Part shown: positions 1 through 9,956 of the stretch, piece by piece
Numbering within the stretch: position 1 is the stretch's first letter
How the letters are laid out: each line of letters starts with the position of its first letter
Assembly (NCBI GenBank): GCA_963691875.1
Contig: OY829846.1
Location: forward strand, 1,344,001-1,408,000
Length of the DNA: 64,000 nt
Reading direction: 5' to 3'
Origin: Aureliella sp.
Lineage (GTDB): Bacteria > Planctomycetota > Planctomycetia > Pirellulales > Pirellulaceae
Made by a program: the position numbers and the translations under genes
Notes under the pieces: model-generated
What the model was told of the DNA's origin: nothing
Databases searched by the model: none
What the model saw: only the letters and a program-made list of their open reading frames with translations

Positions 1-1202
1 AGTACGGCGGCGGCCCCGAGCGCTTCAGCTTTCGAATCGACCGTGAGGCTTTCGGTAACCAAACCCGCGAGCATCTGATTTTTGGCTTTCTCGAGTTCCT
101 GGTCAGTCACCCCTTCGGTCTGCATGGTTTGAATTTCTTCCTTCATGCCAGAAAGTGCCTTCTTGGGATTGCCGCCGAGGGGCATCATGATCGAAGCAGC
201 TCCAATAATGCCGTCCTGCTCAAGGCCCATTGCTCCACACATGGCCATCACTGCGGATTGATCCTCAGCGACGACTCGTCGGTAGATCCGACTGCTCTCG
301 CCGCCACCTAGAATCGTAGTCATCAAGTTGATAGCCGTAGCATCAGGGTGATTCATCGGTACCCCGCGAAAAATCAATGCCAAGCCGGGAGCAGGCGCGT
401 TTTGCTCAGTGATCGTGATCTCCTGCTTTTCAAACGGCTCCATTTTAGGATCAGCCACACGCGGAGGCTCCGGGGCGCGTGGAATCCAACCAAAGTTACG
501 CTCAGCAAGCTGTTGCACCTCTGCATGTGTGACTGCCCCCACGACGACGAGTGTCGCATTATTCGGCACGTAGTAAGTGTTCCAAAACTTACGCAGTTCT
601 GGCACTGCTGCGGCTCGCAGGTGTGGAATCGAGCCGATAGTCGACCAGCGATATGGATGATCGGGGAACAAATACGGCAGAGCTTTCTCCATAAGCTTGC
701 CATACGGCCGATTGATGCCCATCCGACGTTCTTCTTCCACGACTTTGCGTTCGGTGTCGAACGCTTCCTGATCAATCTTGAGCATCGACATCCGTTCGGC
801 TTCTAGCCACAGAGCGAGGTTCAACTGATTGGCGGGCAGAGATTGGTGATACACCGTCTGATCGAAAGTCGTGTAGGCGTTGCAGCTGCCGCCAGTGCGT
901 CGGATGAAGTCGAAGTGGTCGGTGCTTCCCAGCCGATCCGTTCCTCGAAACATCATGTGCTCAAACATGTGAGCAAATCCTTGCCGCTCCGGATTCTCGT
1001 CTTTTGATCCAACGTGATACCAGAGGTGAACCGATACGATCGGGCACGAGAAATCTTCAAGCGATATCACTCGCAGCCCATTGCTGAGCACATTTTCACG
1101 ATAGTCAAACTCGCCGGCTTCCTGCCCTATGAGTGGCACGCTGGATGCCACCAAGATAATCACGCAAAGAAAACGACTCAGTGCACGAAGGGAAGAATCC
1201 AC
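1..1202 (-). CDS. M16 (pitrilysin/insulinase) family zinc peptidase with signal peptide; 3' end runs off the window
   Basis: Manual translation of the minus strand from GTG at 1202: ...VHLWYHVGSKDENPERQGFAHMFEHMMFRGT...NAYTTFDQTVY...ERKVVEEERR...HPYRWSTIG. Contains the inverted zinc motif HxxEH. Absent from the ORF track because it has no stop in the window. Confidence 0.92.
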   Translation of the reverse strand, partial: MDSSLRALSRFLCVIILVASSVPLIGQEAGEFDYRENVLSNGLRVISLEDFSCPIVSVHLWYHVGSKDENPERQGFAHMFEHMMFRGTDRLGSTDHFDFIRRTGGSCNAYTTFDQTVYHQSLPANQLNLALWLEAERMSMLKIDQEAFDTERKVVEEERRMGINRPYGKLMEKALPYLFPDHPYRWSTIGSIPHLRAAAVPELRKFWNTYYVPNNATLVVVGAVTHAEVQQLAERNFGWIPRAPEPPRVADPKMEPFEKQEITITEQNAPAPGLALIFRGVPMNHPDATAINLMTTILGGGESSRIYRRVVAEDQSAVMAMCGAMGLEQDGIIGAASIMMPLGGNPKKALSGMKEEIQTMQTEGVTDQELEKAKNQMLAGLVTESLTVDSKAEALGAAAV

Positions 1203-1380
1203 GGCCCACTCCACAAGAAACGAGAACTGCAAAAGGTCACCGCTCTATGTGCGATGGCCAAACACTTTCTCGCATCGTATCACGTTGAATTCGTTATTAC
1301 GAGCAGCGGTTCTTTGCTCAGAACGTATCGGACTATGCTGCACGTACTCTTGGGCATTCCTAAGAGCGATGGGAGTGAAT

Positions 1381-1403
1381 GGAATTCTGGCGAATCCCAC
1401 TAC
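1381..1403 (-). repeat. GTAG-type REP-like palindrome
   Basis: Reverse complement is GTAGTGGGATTCGCCAGAATTCC, identical 23/23 to 32261-32283; lies just past the desaturase stop. Confidence 0.75.
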
Positions 1404-1414
1404 AGGGGGAGATA

Positions 1415-2524
1415 CTAAGCGGCGGTTTTGCCGTCCTCAGTACTGGTCGAAGAATTATCCGCTGGCCCAGCGACGGGATTTGACTTGCGGTTTCTCGACC
1501 TAGTCCAGAGTTCACCAATCGCGCCAACTAATGAGACTCGGACGACGTCACGGTAGATCGAGTCTTGCGGCAGGCCTTCCATAAGTCGACGATGGGCGAC
1601 ACCCAAGTTGTGATAAGGCATGCTTGGGAAGAGATGGTGCGTCGCATGATATCGAGTGCCAATGGGTCCCCATAGCTCGGTGAACCAGGGGCGATGCGGA
1701 TAGTCGACCGTATCAAGCAATTGCTCTTCGAAGCTCATCGCGTCACCATCCCCGGTCCATCGGTGTGCTCCAAGCGTGCGTACGTTGTTGATCGTAATCA
1801 GAGCAACGGCGACTAGATATCCTTTAATCAGAGGAATACCGCCCTGCATCAGGCCAAAGGTCGCAAAACCGCAGCACCAGAAGAAGCACAGCACTTCCTG
1901 CATACGCATCGTCCTGCGAGCCTCTTCACCGAAATCACCACGAATGTAAAAGACATCAATGATCATGCTGCTCGCATGCTGTTCGACCCAGCGGCGAAAC
2001 GGCGGAAAGATCCAGGCTAGAGGCGTCATTACGAGAAAACGCGTGAAGCCTGCAATAGGAACTACCAAAGCTGCCAAAATGAATGCCAGCGAATACGCAG
2101 GTGGCTTGTGACTTAGATCCAAGTACTCGCCATCTTTCTCCGTCCCATAGTGCTTGCGACGATGGTGGTCGACATGGGGGTAATAGAGAAACGACGGAAT
2201 CAAGAACGGGATTCCGCAAAGGAGATTCCAGGCGACGCGGAACCCTTTGAACCCCTCTTTCGGAAGGTGCACGAGCTCGTGAATAAACATGGCCGCGCGC
2301 ATGTAGAGAATCGCGACCAAGCAGAACAACGCAACTTGCGTGAACCAAAGCGCAGGCCCCTCAACCAGCACGTGGACACGATCCATCGCTGCAAATGCCG
2401 TGTGGCCAACCAAAACGGTTGCTATAAAATCAGTCCAGTAGATCTTGGGATTTGGCTTGCTGAGGTCCTTCACTAAGGATTTTGCTTGAGTGAAGGAAAA
2501 TCGATTACTTAATGCAGATACCAT
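1415..2524 (-). CDS. Membrane fatty acid desaturase family protein
   Basis: Three His boxes HELVH, HVDHH, HATHH; several hydrophobic segments; SD-like GAGGTGG upstream. Confidence 0.88.
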   Translation of the reverse strand: MVSALSNRFSFTQAKSLVKDLSKPNPKIYWTDFIATVLVGHTAFAAMDRVHVLVEGPALWFTQVALFCLVAILYMRAAMFIHELVHLPKEGFKGFRVAWNLLCGIPFLIPSFLYYPHVDHHRRKHYGTEKDGEYLDLSHKPPAYSLAFILAALVVPIAGFTRFLVMTPLAWIFPPFRRWVEQHASSMIIDVFYIRGDFGEEARRTMRMQEVLCFFWCCGFATFGLMQGGIPLIKGYLVAVALITINNVRTLGAHRWTGDGDAMSFEEQLLDTVDYPHRPWFTELWGPIGTRYHATHHLFPSMPYHNLGVAHRRLMEGLPQDSIYRDVVRVSLVGAIGELWTRSRNRKSNPVAGPADNSSTSTEDGKTAA

Positions 2525-2708
2525 AAGACCACCTCGGCTGAGCTAGAAGTCAACGCAAATGTGACTGCGAACCCGCCTCATTTTACCTAAAACTAAAAGC
2601 CTTCCCACTATAAAGCTGCGATGGAATCCTCTTCCTTAAGCAATCTTAACCTACTTCAAGTGAAGCGGAATCGCACCTCAAACCACATAGAATTTTCGGA
2701 GAAAAACC

Positions 2709-3071
2709 ATGATGGAAGTTAGAACAGCTTCTGAACTTGCCGCAAAAAAATGCCTTCCTTGCGAAGGGGGTGTCGATCCAATGACGGCTGAGCAATCTAA
2801 ATCGCAGTTGGAAGCCCTTCCCAAGTGGGAGTTGAGCGAATGCGGAAAGTGGATTTATCGCAAATGGAATATGAAGAACTTCCTTCAGGCGATGAGCCTG
2901 ATGAACGCAGTCGCCGAGATTGCTGAAGTAGATCAGCACCATCCCGATCTACATTTGACCGACTATCGAAAGCTCAAGATCGAAATGACGACTCACGCTA
3001 TCAATGGTCTTAGTGAAAATGACTTTATCCTGGCGGCGAAGATCGATGCGGCGGCTGAGAAAGCTAGATAG
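2709..3071 (+). CDS. phhB: Pterin-4-alpha-carbinolamine dehydratase
   Basis: AEVDQHHPDL and TTHAINGLSENDFILAAKID signatures; N-terminal CLPC. Confidence 0.92.
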   Translation: MMEVRTASELAAKKCLPCEGGVDPMTAEQSKSQLEALPKWELSECGKWIYRKWNMKNFLQAMSLMNAVAEIAEVDQHHPDLHLTDYRKLKIEMTTHAINGLSENDFILAAKIDAAAEKAR

Positions 3072-3156
3072 TTCCAAACTCACGTCAGCCTCTAGTCGTT
3101 AAGGAAGGAGCAGCGGAGCACGCGAAGCCAGCTGCATCGAGAAGAAGGAGCAAGTT

Positions 3157-4590
3157 TTGAAACGCGTGGCGATTATCGGTGGTGGCATTTCGGGCTTGGC
3201 GGCGGCACTCGAGCTGACCAAGGGCAAGTACGATTGCCAACTCACCTTGTTCGAATCGCGGCCGCGCCTGGGCGGTGTTTTGGAAACCGATCGAGAAGGT
3301 GCCTATCTGATCGAACGCAGCGCCGACAACTTTGCAACGCTGCAACCGGCTGCACTCGAATTAACTCGTGAGTTCGCTAGTGTCGACGGACTCCTGCAGC
3401 CTGAGGCCGAGAATCGATTGGCACAAGTGCTTCATCGGGAACGGATCGAACCAGTGCCTGCCGGCTTCAGTTTGATGCAGCCCACGAAACTGAGTAGCAT
3501 CCTCGGCACAGGAGCTCTTTCTCCCGCCGGCAAGCTTCGTCTTCTCTACGAATACTTTGTTCCCAGACGCACCGAAGAACTGGATGAATCATTGGAGTCG
3601 TTTGCCACGCGAAGATTAGGGAAAGAGGCCTTCACAAACTTAATCGAACCCATCGTTGCGGGTATTTTCACTGCTGATCCCGCAAAACTTAGTATGCGAG
3701 CCGCGTTGCCTCAGTTCGTCGAGATGGAACGTAAGCACGGCGGCCTGATCCGTGCCAGCCTCGCTGCCAAGAAGAGCAATGCAGCTGATCTGGCGAAGAA
3801 AGCTAGCGGCGCTCGTTACGAACAGTTTCGTGCACCTCGCTTCGGAATGTCGGATTGGGTTAGTCAACTAGGTCAAAAGCTTCCCAATGAATCACTACGC
3901 TTGAATTGCGAGGTCGACTCTGTCACCAAGTCTGCTGATGGTTATCAGATCAAGTACCAATCGGTGGCCTGTAAACTAGGAAATGCATTGCAAACGAGCG
4001 AGTTATTCGACTCCATTGTTCTCGCTACCCCTGCATCAGCGACTGCCCGGTTGCTTCGGCCATTGCAGCCAGCCGCATCTGAGGAGATTGCCGGTATACA
4101 CTATGCATCGAGTGTCATCGTCGCGATGGTCGTGCCTCGAGATGAGATACTTGGCAATGTAAACGCATTTGGTTTAATCGTTCCGAGTAAGGAAGGCAGA
4201 GAAGTGCTTGCCATTAGTTACTCCAGCAACAAGTACGCGGGACGTGTTCCGAGAAACGAGCTCTTACTGCGGATGTTCTTTGGTGGTGCGATGAACCCGG
4301 AATTCTGCGAGCTGGACGACGAGGCAGTACTGCGAGCAGCCCGACAGGAACTAACGGAAGTTCTGCGATGGCGGGGCAAAGCTCCCAAGACGGAAAACGT
4401 CATCCGCTGGCCCAATGCGATGCCGCAGTACGAACTGGGCCATGTTGAAAAAGTTCAGAGAGTCAGACACTTAATGAAAACCGGCTGTCCGCAGATTGAG
4501 CTGTGCGGAGCTGCTTACACTGGAGTCGGCATTCCGCAGTGCGTCCAGTCAGGACGCCAAGCAGCAAGAAATCTCTTTGCAGAGTCTTAA
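3157..4590 (+). CDS. hemY: Protoporphyrinogen/coproporphyrinogen oxidase (HemY type)
   Basis: GGGISGLAAA FAD motif, RLGG, AMPQYELGH, GVGIPQCV C-terminal motif; TTG start. Confidence 0.92.
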   Translation: MKRVAIIGGGISGLAAALELTKGKYDCQLTLFESRPRLGGVLETDREGAYLIERSADNFATLQPAALELTREFASVDGLLQPEAENRLAQVLHRERIEPVPAGFSLMQPTKLSSILGTGALSPAGKLRLLYEYFVPRRTEELDESLESFATRRLGKEAFTNLIEPIVAGIFTADPAKLSMRAALPQFVEMERKHGGLIRASLAAKKSNAADLAKKASGARYEQFRAPRFGMSDWVSQLGQKLPNESLRLNCEVDSVTKSADGYQIKYQSVACKLGNALQTSELFDSIVLATPASATARLLRPLQPAASEEIAGIHYASSVIVAMVVPRDEILGNVNAFGLIVPSKEGREVLAISYSSNKYAGRVPRNELLLRMFFGGAMNPEFCELDDEAVLRAARQELTEVLRWRGKAPKTENVIRWPNAMPQYELGHVEKVQRVRHLMKTGCPQIELCGAAYTGVGIPQCVQSGRQAARNLFAES

Positions 4591-4609
4591 GCCCCATTCG
4601 GGTGAACTG

Positions 4610-5812
4610 CTAAATGTTGCTTCCATGCAGGTATTCGAAGATGCGTTGAGCCCTCTCTTCCAGCATTGGAGAATCGTCCAATTGGACTACGGCTTCAAGT
4701 GTCGCTTTGAGATCCTGCGACGCCAATGATTTACATATTCTCTTCTCTGACTCTTCCGATTCGAAATCTGCGACGATTGCATCCATAGCGATCGTCGCCA
4801 ATGAGGTTCCCGCTTGCAGCCACTGTCGCAAACGGGAAGGTTCGACACTACAGGTTCGGACCAACTGTCCCCACTCGGGAGAAATGTTTTGTTGTTGTTC
4901 TTGGAAATAGAATTCCAGCCAATTCAGAAAAGCGTCATTCTGGCCAAAGCAAAGCAAATGCTTAGCCATTGCCGGTAACTCAGAGGATGTTCCCTGTTCT
5001 AGAACAGCAGCAGCAACTGAGAAGCCATCCATACCGCAGCAGGTCTCAAGGCAGCGACATAACGCAGGAAAACAGATTCTCGGAAAGTCTTCTGCAAGGG
5101 CAAGTTCCATCGCCAATGTTGAGCCTGCTGCGCCCAATAGCTGCTCCGCAATCCGCAATGCATTCTCAATTGCAATCGGTCCATTCAGATCTAATGTTTC
5201 GAGAAGTTCAACAAGACGCGGAGTTGAGATTTCCGAGAAGGCATGCCAAGAGTCTTGCAGCTCACATGAGACTTGATGGATCAGCAATTGCTCAAGTTCT
5301 GCAGATTCGAGGTTTGCTGAAACTGTCGCTTGGTTGCCAGCCTCCACACTTTCGAGTGGTATCAACTCCCACTGCATTTCGGAGTTCAACTGCGCTGCTT
5401 CCCAGGCACACTCTCTGCAGAGAGACCGTATCGCTGGCAAAGGATCTCCCTCACCTTCTACTTCTACTTGCAGTTGCATCAGTGGATCACGATCCATTTC
5501 AGAGAAATGAAACTGCAACTCAGCCCCCTCGAGGTAACCATAGCAATTCTCAAAGCGACTCTGTTCAATCAGTTCCTCGCTCCACCCTTGAGCACGCAAA
5601 TGATCGGCAGATTTATCCATCATTTCCAGCATCGATGGCTCGACTACCCAGGCGACTTCGCCCAGGCAACGATCAATCGTCTCACGAACTGCCTGACAAC
5701 TCCCAAGGGGCGTCGCACGGGCATCGAGTGGATTCATTTTTGAGCGAAGAAGGAATTCCCAATTCATCGAGCTGCGTGGGGTGTTTCTATATAATTCAGA
5801 TTCGGAGAGCAA
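4610..5812 (-). CDS. Hypothetical acidic two-domain protein
   Basis: 400-codon ORF with protein-like composition filling the gap; true start may be ATG 5767; no recognisable functional motif. Confidence 0.65.
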   Translation of the reverse strand: MLSESELYRNTPRSSMNWEFLLRSKMNPLDARATPLGSCQAVRETIDRCLGEVAWVVEPSMLEMMDKSADHLRAQGWSEELIEQSRFENCYGYLEGAELQFHFSEMDRDPLMQLQVEVEGEGDPLPAIRSLCRECAWEAAQLNSEMQWELIPLESVEAGNQATVSANLESAELEQLLIHQVSCELQDSWHAFSEISTPRLVELLETLDLNGPIAIENALRIAEQLLGAAGSTLAMELALAEDFPRICFPALCRCLETCCGMDGFSVAAAVLEQGTSSELPAMAKHLLCFGQNDAFLNWLEFYFQEQQQNISPEWGQLVRTCSVEPSRLRQWLQAGTSLATIAMDAIVADFESEESEKRICKSLASQDLKATLEAVVQLDDSPMLEERAQRIFEYLHGSNI

Positions 5813-6070
5813 GTTTCTGAGTTAAAAACTGCAAGCGGAAAGTCTAACTCAGTTGGCTGAGATCGCTCAAGGCAGCCGCGTAGTATTCTGGTTTTCCCAC
5901 ACGCCTGAAAATTTGGAAAAGTCGTCGCAATCAGGCTCAATATTTTGCGGCAAACCGTTGAGTATTTCCCGCTTACCGAGAGTATTCGGGTTTAGGGCCT
6001 ATGGTTTCAGTGAGCCCTCTCAGGGGCGCTACCGCTCTCTCACTAACCAAGCTTTCAGCTAGCTCAAGCC

Positions 6071-6605
6071 GTGAACACAACTCCTAGCCCGAGAACACGT
6101 CCTAATGCGGAATTTGTGAGTATTCCAACGTGGCGTCGCGTGCTCAGCCGCAGTGGACTCTATGCTTGGTATGTGGTTCTGTTGGGCACTCTCCTGTTCA
6201 TATCCTCGACACGCGCTCTCGCGTAGGGTTACTCGAACGAATTCCGTTCCTTGAGGGGTGAGGCACCCCAATCGTACAGCGAAGCTCGCGGCGGCAGGCA
6301 CTGGCATCGTTTCGAAACGGAATATCCCTGACGGAATTTGAGTTTCACAGGAACAATGTCTGATTGAATTGGATCGTCGGGTCCATGACAAACAACTTGA
6401 GTCCGCGCGGCTCAGCATGGAGTCCGATGGCAAAACCAAGGCTGCTCAAGCTCAACTTACTTCAACCGAATATCGCATCCACATCATTCGGAAGCTCTGA
6501 CAAAAAAGAAGTGCTACTGAGGAAGAACTTCTTCCTCCGCTGACTTGCCGGCAGCAAGCATTGCTTCACCTTCACGCAAAGCGCGTACAATCCACTCGCG
6601 GTTAA
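6071..6605 (+). pseudogene. Degraded HlyD/RND periplasmic adaptor-like gene
   Basis: Signal-peptide-like frame from GTG 6071 ends ...ISSTRALA-TAG(6224). A shifted frame then reads HPNRTAKLAAAGTGIVSKRNIPDGI*VSQEQCLIELD...KL*QKRSATEEEL with TGA at 6339 and 6498; this resembles a biotinyl-lipoyl half followed by a coiled coil. Confidence 0.6.
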
Positions 6606-7058
6606 GTCGTTTTTCTTTTTTGTCATCCCAAAGTCCTCTTTCCCTCAATCAAGCCGCTAGTGCTTCAGGCTACATGGACCATATTTGGGGGTGCACGCCA
6701 TTCCAGGGAGAATCCTGGTAGGGGGCATTCAAGTTGGTCGGAAAAACTCGAGCGACTGGAATCCTGCGCAACCGAGAAACCCGCCGAGCCATCCCTGACG
6801 GCTGTGTATAGCGGACCGCTTGGCGTGAGAATGGCAAAGCAGTCCAAAGAACCGGTGCTACCCAAGCAGCGTTCTACAGCTTTCGCCGCACTCTCCCCAT
6901 CCAAAAGCAAACGCTTGCTGTGTGGCCAACGATGTTCGGCTCGAATCTCTTGCACTCGCAGACCGTTTCAGGGTTCGTCTTGGAGCTGCTTTCCGACTAT
7001 CTGCAATCTGATCTCAAGATTTTTTGGGCTTTTGTATCAATCTTCGATACTCGCCGAA

Positions 7059-7250
7059 CTAGATCGGCTTCGAGGAAATAGCCGATCGAAACGTAACCAT
7101 GCCAGCCGCAGCAAAGATACTGCCGATCCCAGCGTAAATCGCTTGCCAGCTCCAGCCTGGCACTTCAAAACTCGCCAAGAACCCATAGCAGCAGAAGGCC
7201 GTTATGAAAGCACAAGAAGCGGAACCGATTAGTTTTGCTATGGTGATCAT
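7059..7250 (-). CDS. Small two-TM membrane protein
   Basis: 63 aa with two hydrophobic helices; purine-rich upstream sequence. Confidence 0.6.
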   Translation of the reverse strand: MITIAKLIGSASCAFITAFCCYGFLASFEVPGWSWQAIYAGIGSIFAAAGMVTFRSAISSKPI

Positions 7251-7438
7251 CTTTCGTCTTTCGTGACACTATTCACGGTTAAAGTTTGCGAGCAAAATGG
7301 CGGCGTGTCAAATGAGTTCGACCACACCGAAGTCTGGATCGCAGTGTTTCATAGCTACCTAGATGGTAACGGCTTCGAACTTATTGCGCACCATCGGGAG
7401 TTTTTTCTCAATGCTCCAATTCTAAAAGGGATTAACGA

Positions 7439-8413
7439 ATGATTTTTCTTACCGGTGGCACAGGGCTGTTGGGCAACTGCGTCGTTCGTGAACTCTGCAA
7501 TAGAGAGATGCCAGTCCGTGTTCTCTGCCGCAAGGGGACTTCTCAGGAAGCCTTTGAGGGGCTGCCGGTCGAGATCATCTTGGGAGACTTGGCCGACGAG
7601 GAGACCATTCACCGAGCCGTGGAAGGCTGTAGCGCCGTGGTGCACAGCGCTGCCTACATCCACATTGGCTGGCAAAACTTGGAGCAATCGCGACAGGTGA
7701 ATGTGCAAGGAACGGAGACAATCATTCAAGCTTGCTTGACCAACTCAGCCAAGATGGTGCATATCTCGACTGTGGATACTCTGCCAGCAGCCAGCAGCAA
7801 GGAGAATCTGATTGACGAGTCAGGGCAAGGAGGTGTCGCCAAAACACCTTGTTCGTACGTCGTGAGCAAATCCGAAGCAGAAGCAGCTGTACGCAAGGCA
7901 TTTGCACAGAAGGACTTACGAGGCCACATTCTCCACCCTGGCTTCATGTTGGCTCCCTATGATTGGAAACCGTCCAGCGGAAGAATGATGTTGGAGGTCA
8001 ACAAAGCTCCTATCGTTGCGGCTCCACCAGGCGGCTGCAGTTTCTGTGACGCCCGAGACGTTGCAGCAGCCATCGTCAATTCGATCAGCATGGCTCGCCA
8101 AGCCCAGAACTACATCTTGGCGGGCGAAAATCTGACTTACCAAGAACTCTGGCGCGCGATGCTCAACGCAACAGGACGTAGAAAACGGGTGTCTCAAATG
8201 GGATATGCAATTCGCGTCTTCGGCAACATGATTGACGCTGCCCTCAAAGTCCTTCCGATTCGGGAAGGCGATGTTAATGGCGCAGCTATCGCCATGGGTT
8301 CGCTCAAGCACTTTTATACGTCGCAACTTGCAGAAGCGGAGCTGAATTACTGCCGTAGACCCGTCGACGAAACCCTCGCAGATGCGTGGAATTGGCTGTC
8401 GGCCAGATTTTAG
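7439..8413 (+). CDS. NAD-dependent epimerase/dehydratase (extended SDR, HpnA/3-beta-HSD-like)
   Basis: TGGTGLLG, VHSAA, NVQGT, YVVSK (YxxxK). Confidence 0.9.
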   Translation: MIFLTGGTGLLGNCVVRELCNREMPVRVLCRKGTSQEAFEGLPVEIILGDLADEETIHRAVEGCSAVVHSAAYIHIGWQNLEQSRQVNVQGTETIIQACLTNSAKMVHISTVDTLPAASSKENLIDESGQGGVAKTPCSYVVSKSEAEAAVRKAFAQKDLRGHILHPGFMLAPYDWKPSSGRMMLEVNKAPIVAAPPGGCSFCDARDVAAAIVNSISMARQAQNYILAGENLTYQELWRAMLNATGRRKRVSQMGYAIRVFGNMIDAALKVLPIREGDVNGAAIAMGSLKHFYTSQLAEAELNYCRRPVDETLADAWNWLSARF

Positions 8414-8647
8414 TACCTGAACACAGAGAAGCCGAGCGATTTTCTTGAAAGCCGGTAAGAGCTGCACAAGTCACTTTCGTTTCAACTTCTGCAGAAGCGG
8501 CCTCAGCTGCCACGATTGGGGTTTAAACAGCGGCTCCAATCCCGAGAATGTTGCAGTATGACTTTCGGTTTTCCAAGAATAATGGAATTGGAGAACAGGG
8601 AACACAAACTACTGCAAAAGACAACTTTCGATTAGATACAGACTACG

Positions 8648-9931
8648 ATGAGCATTGCTGAGCCAGATATAGCGAACATAAAGTTGAGCGAACGCGCGGG
8701 ACTGGCTGCTGGAGCAGCTATCGGCAAGCTGATGCGACAGGCCTTGCAGTTTCCAGACTTAGTGTCGCTGGCTGCTGGCTTTGTCGACAATGCAACACTG
8801 CCGAGCGAAGCCGTTGGCAGGTGCATGAGTCGACTTGCTGAGAACCCCGCTCTGCTTGGGAAAGCTTTGCAATACGATGCGACGGCGGGAAGTCATTCAT
8901 TGCGGGAAAAGCTGGCTGAGTGGAGTTTCCAGAACTACCCCGACGCCAAACCTCACGCGGATCGCATCATCCTGACGGCTGGAAGCAACCAATTTCTCCA
9001 TCTGTTGTCCGAAGCAACACTGGATCCAGGCGACATCGTCTTGGTCGCCGAGCCTACCTATTTCGTCTATCTCGGAACGCTGAAGAATCTTGGCGCGAAA
9101 GTAATTGGTGTACCAGCTGACGAGGATGGAATCTGTATCCATGCTCTGAAGGAAAAAATGGACGAGCTTAGCAAGCAAGGTTTAGGCGATCGCATCAAAG
9201 CCGTTTATTCGGTGACTGAGTTCGACAATCCAGCTGGGAGCACCCTCAGCCTCCAGCGGCGTCGAGAACTTCTCGACTTGGTTGCTCGTTGGCGAAAGGA
9301 AAAGAGCCCCCTACTGCTACTTTCCGACAATGCCTACCAGTTGCTGCGATACTATGGAGAATCGCTCCCGCCGCTCAGCGCTCTGCATGAAGAAGCGGCA
9401 GATTTTGTAGTGGAGCTCGGAACCTTTTCTAAGTCCTTCTCGCCAGGAATCAGAGTCGGCTGGGGCGTGGTGCCAGAATACTTGACAGCGCACCTGCTGG
9501 ACATTAAGTCCAATATCGACTTCGGTTCACCGCATTTCAGTCAAGTCCTGGTTGAAGAAGCGTTGCAGTCTGGTGAAATGGACCAGCATTTGCCAGTCAT
9601 TCAGGATGGTTACCGAAGAAAATTGGAGGCGACCATTGATGCTCTCCAACAAGAGTTTGGTGGGAATGAAGATATTCAATGGCGACAGCCCCAGGGTGGG
9701 CTGTACGTTTGGCTGGAACTCCTAGAGAGTGTGGATACCGGAGAATCCGGCAAGTTCTGGCAAGCTTCCGTGGAACGCGGAGTACTCTATGTACCAGGAC
9801 ATCACTGTTTTTCGCGAGACTCCGTCGCTCCAAGCAATACGATTCGCTTGAGCTTCGGTGTGCAAAACGAAGATGGTATTCGCAAGGGCGTCAAGCTTCT
9901 GGCCGAGGCTTACAATGACACTGTGAAATAA
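8648..9931 (+). CDS. PLP-dependent aminotransferase class I/II (LysN/2-aminoadipate transaminase-like)
   Basis: FDNPAG, DNAY, GTFSKSFSPGIRVGW, GGLYVW, IRLSF. Confidence 0.9.
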   Translation: MSIAEPDIANIKLSERAGLAAGAAIGKLMRQALQFPDLVSLAAGFVDNATLPSEAVGRCMSRLAENPALLGKALQYDATAGSHSLREKLAEWSFQNYPDAKPHADRIILTAGSNQFLHLLSEATLDPGDIVLVAEPTYFVYLGTLKNLGAKVIGVPADEDGICIHALKEKMDELSKQGLGDRIKAVYSVTEFDNPAGSTLSLQRRRELLDLVARWRKEKSPLLLLSDNAYQLLRYYGESLPPLSALHEEAADFVVELGTFSKSFSPGIRVGWGVVPEYLTAHLLDIKSNIDFGSPHFSQVLVEEALQSGEMDQHLPVIQDGYRRKLEATIDALQQEFGGNEDIQWRQPQGGLYVWLELLESVDTGESGKFWQASVERGVLYVPGHHCFSRDSVAPSNTIRLSFGVQNEDGIRKGVKLLAEAYNDTVK

Positions 9932-9956
9932 TCTTGGGCAGAAACTGCAATTGCAA

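Noticed and set aside
129..1503. Several short ORFs in the track at the window start
   Set aside because: They are antisense or alternative-frame shadows of the M16 peptidase and the desaturase 3' end.
4969..5820. 283-aa plus-strand ORF
   Set aside because: Fully overlaps the 400-aa minus-strand ORF and has Ser/Arg/Gln-rich shadow composition.
6010..6030. CTCTCAGG as part of a glycine riboswitch
   Set aside because: The upstream GGAGA/CCGAAG elements are absent and no glycine-related gene follows.
6224..6500. In-frame TGA/TAG as possible stop-codon recoding or selenocysteine
   Set aside because: Accompanied by a frameshift and truncation; TGA and TAG terminate many normal genes in this window.
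6665..6955. 96-aa minus-strand ORF
   Set aside because: No recognisable motif or start signal; may be another gene remnant but I cannot support a call.
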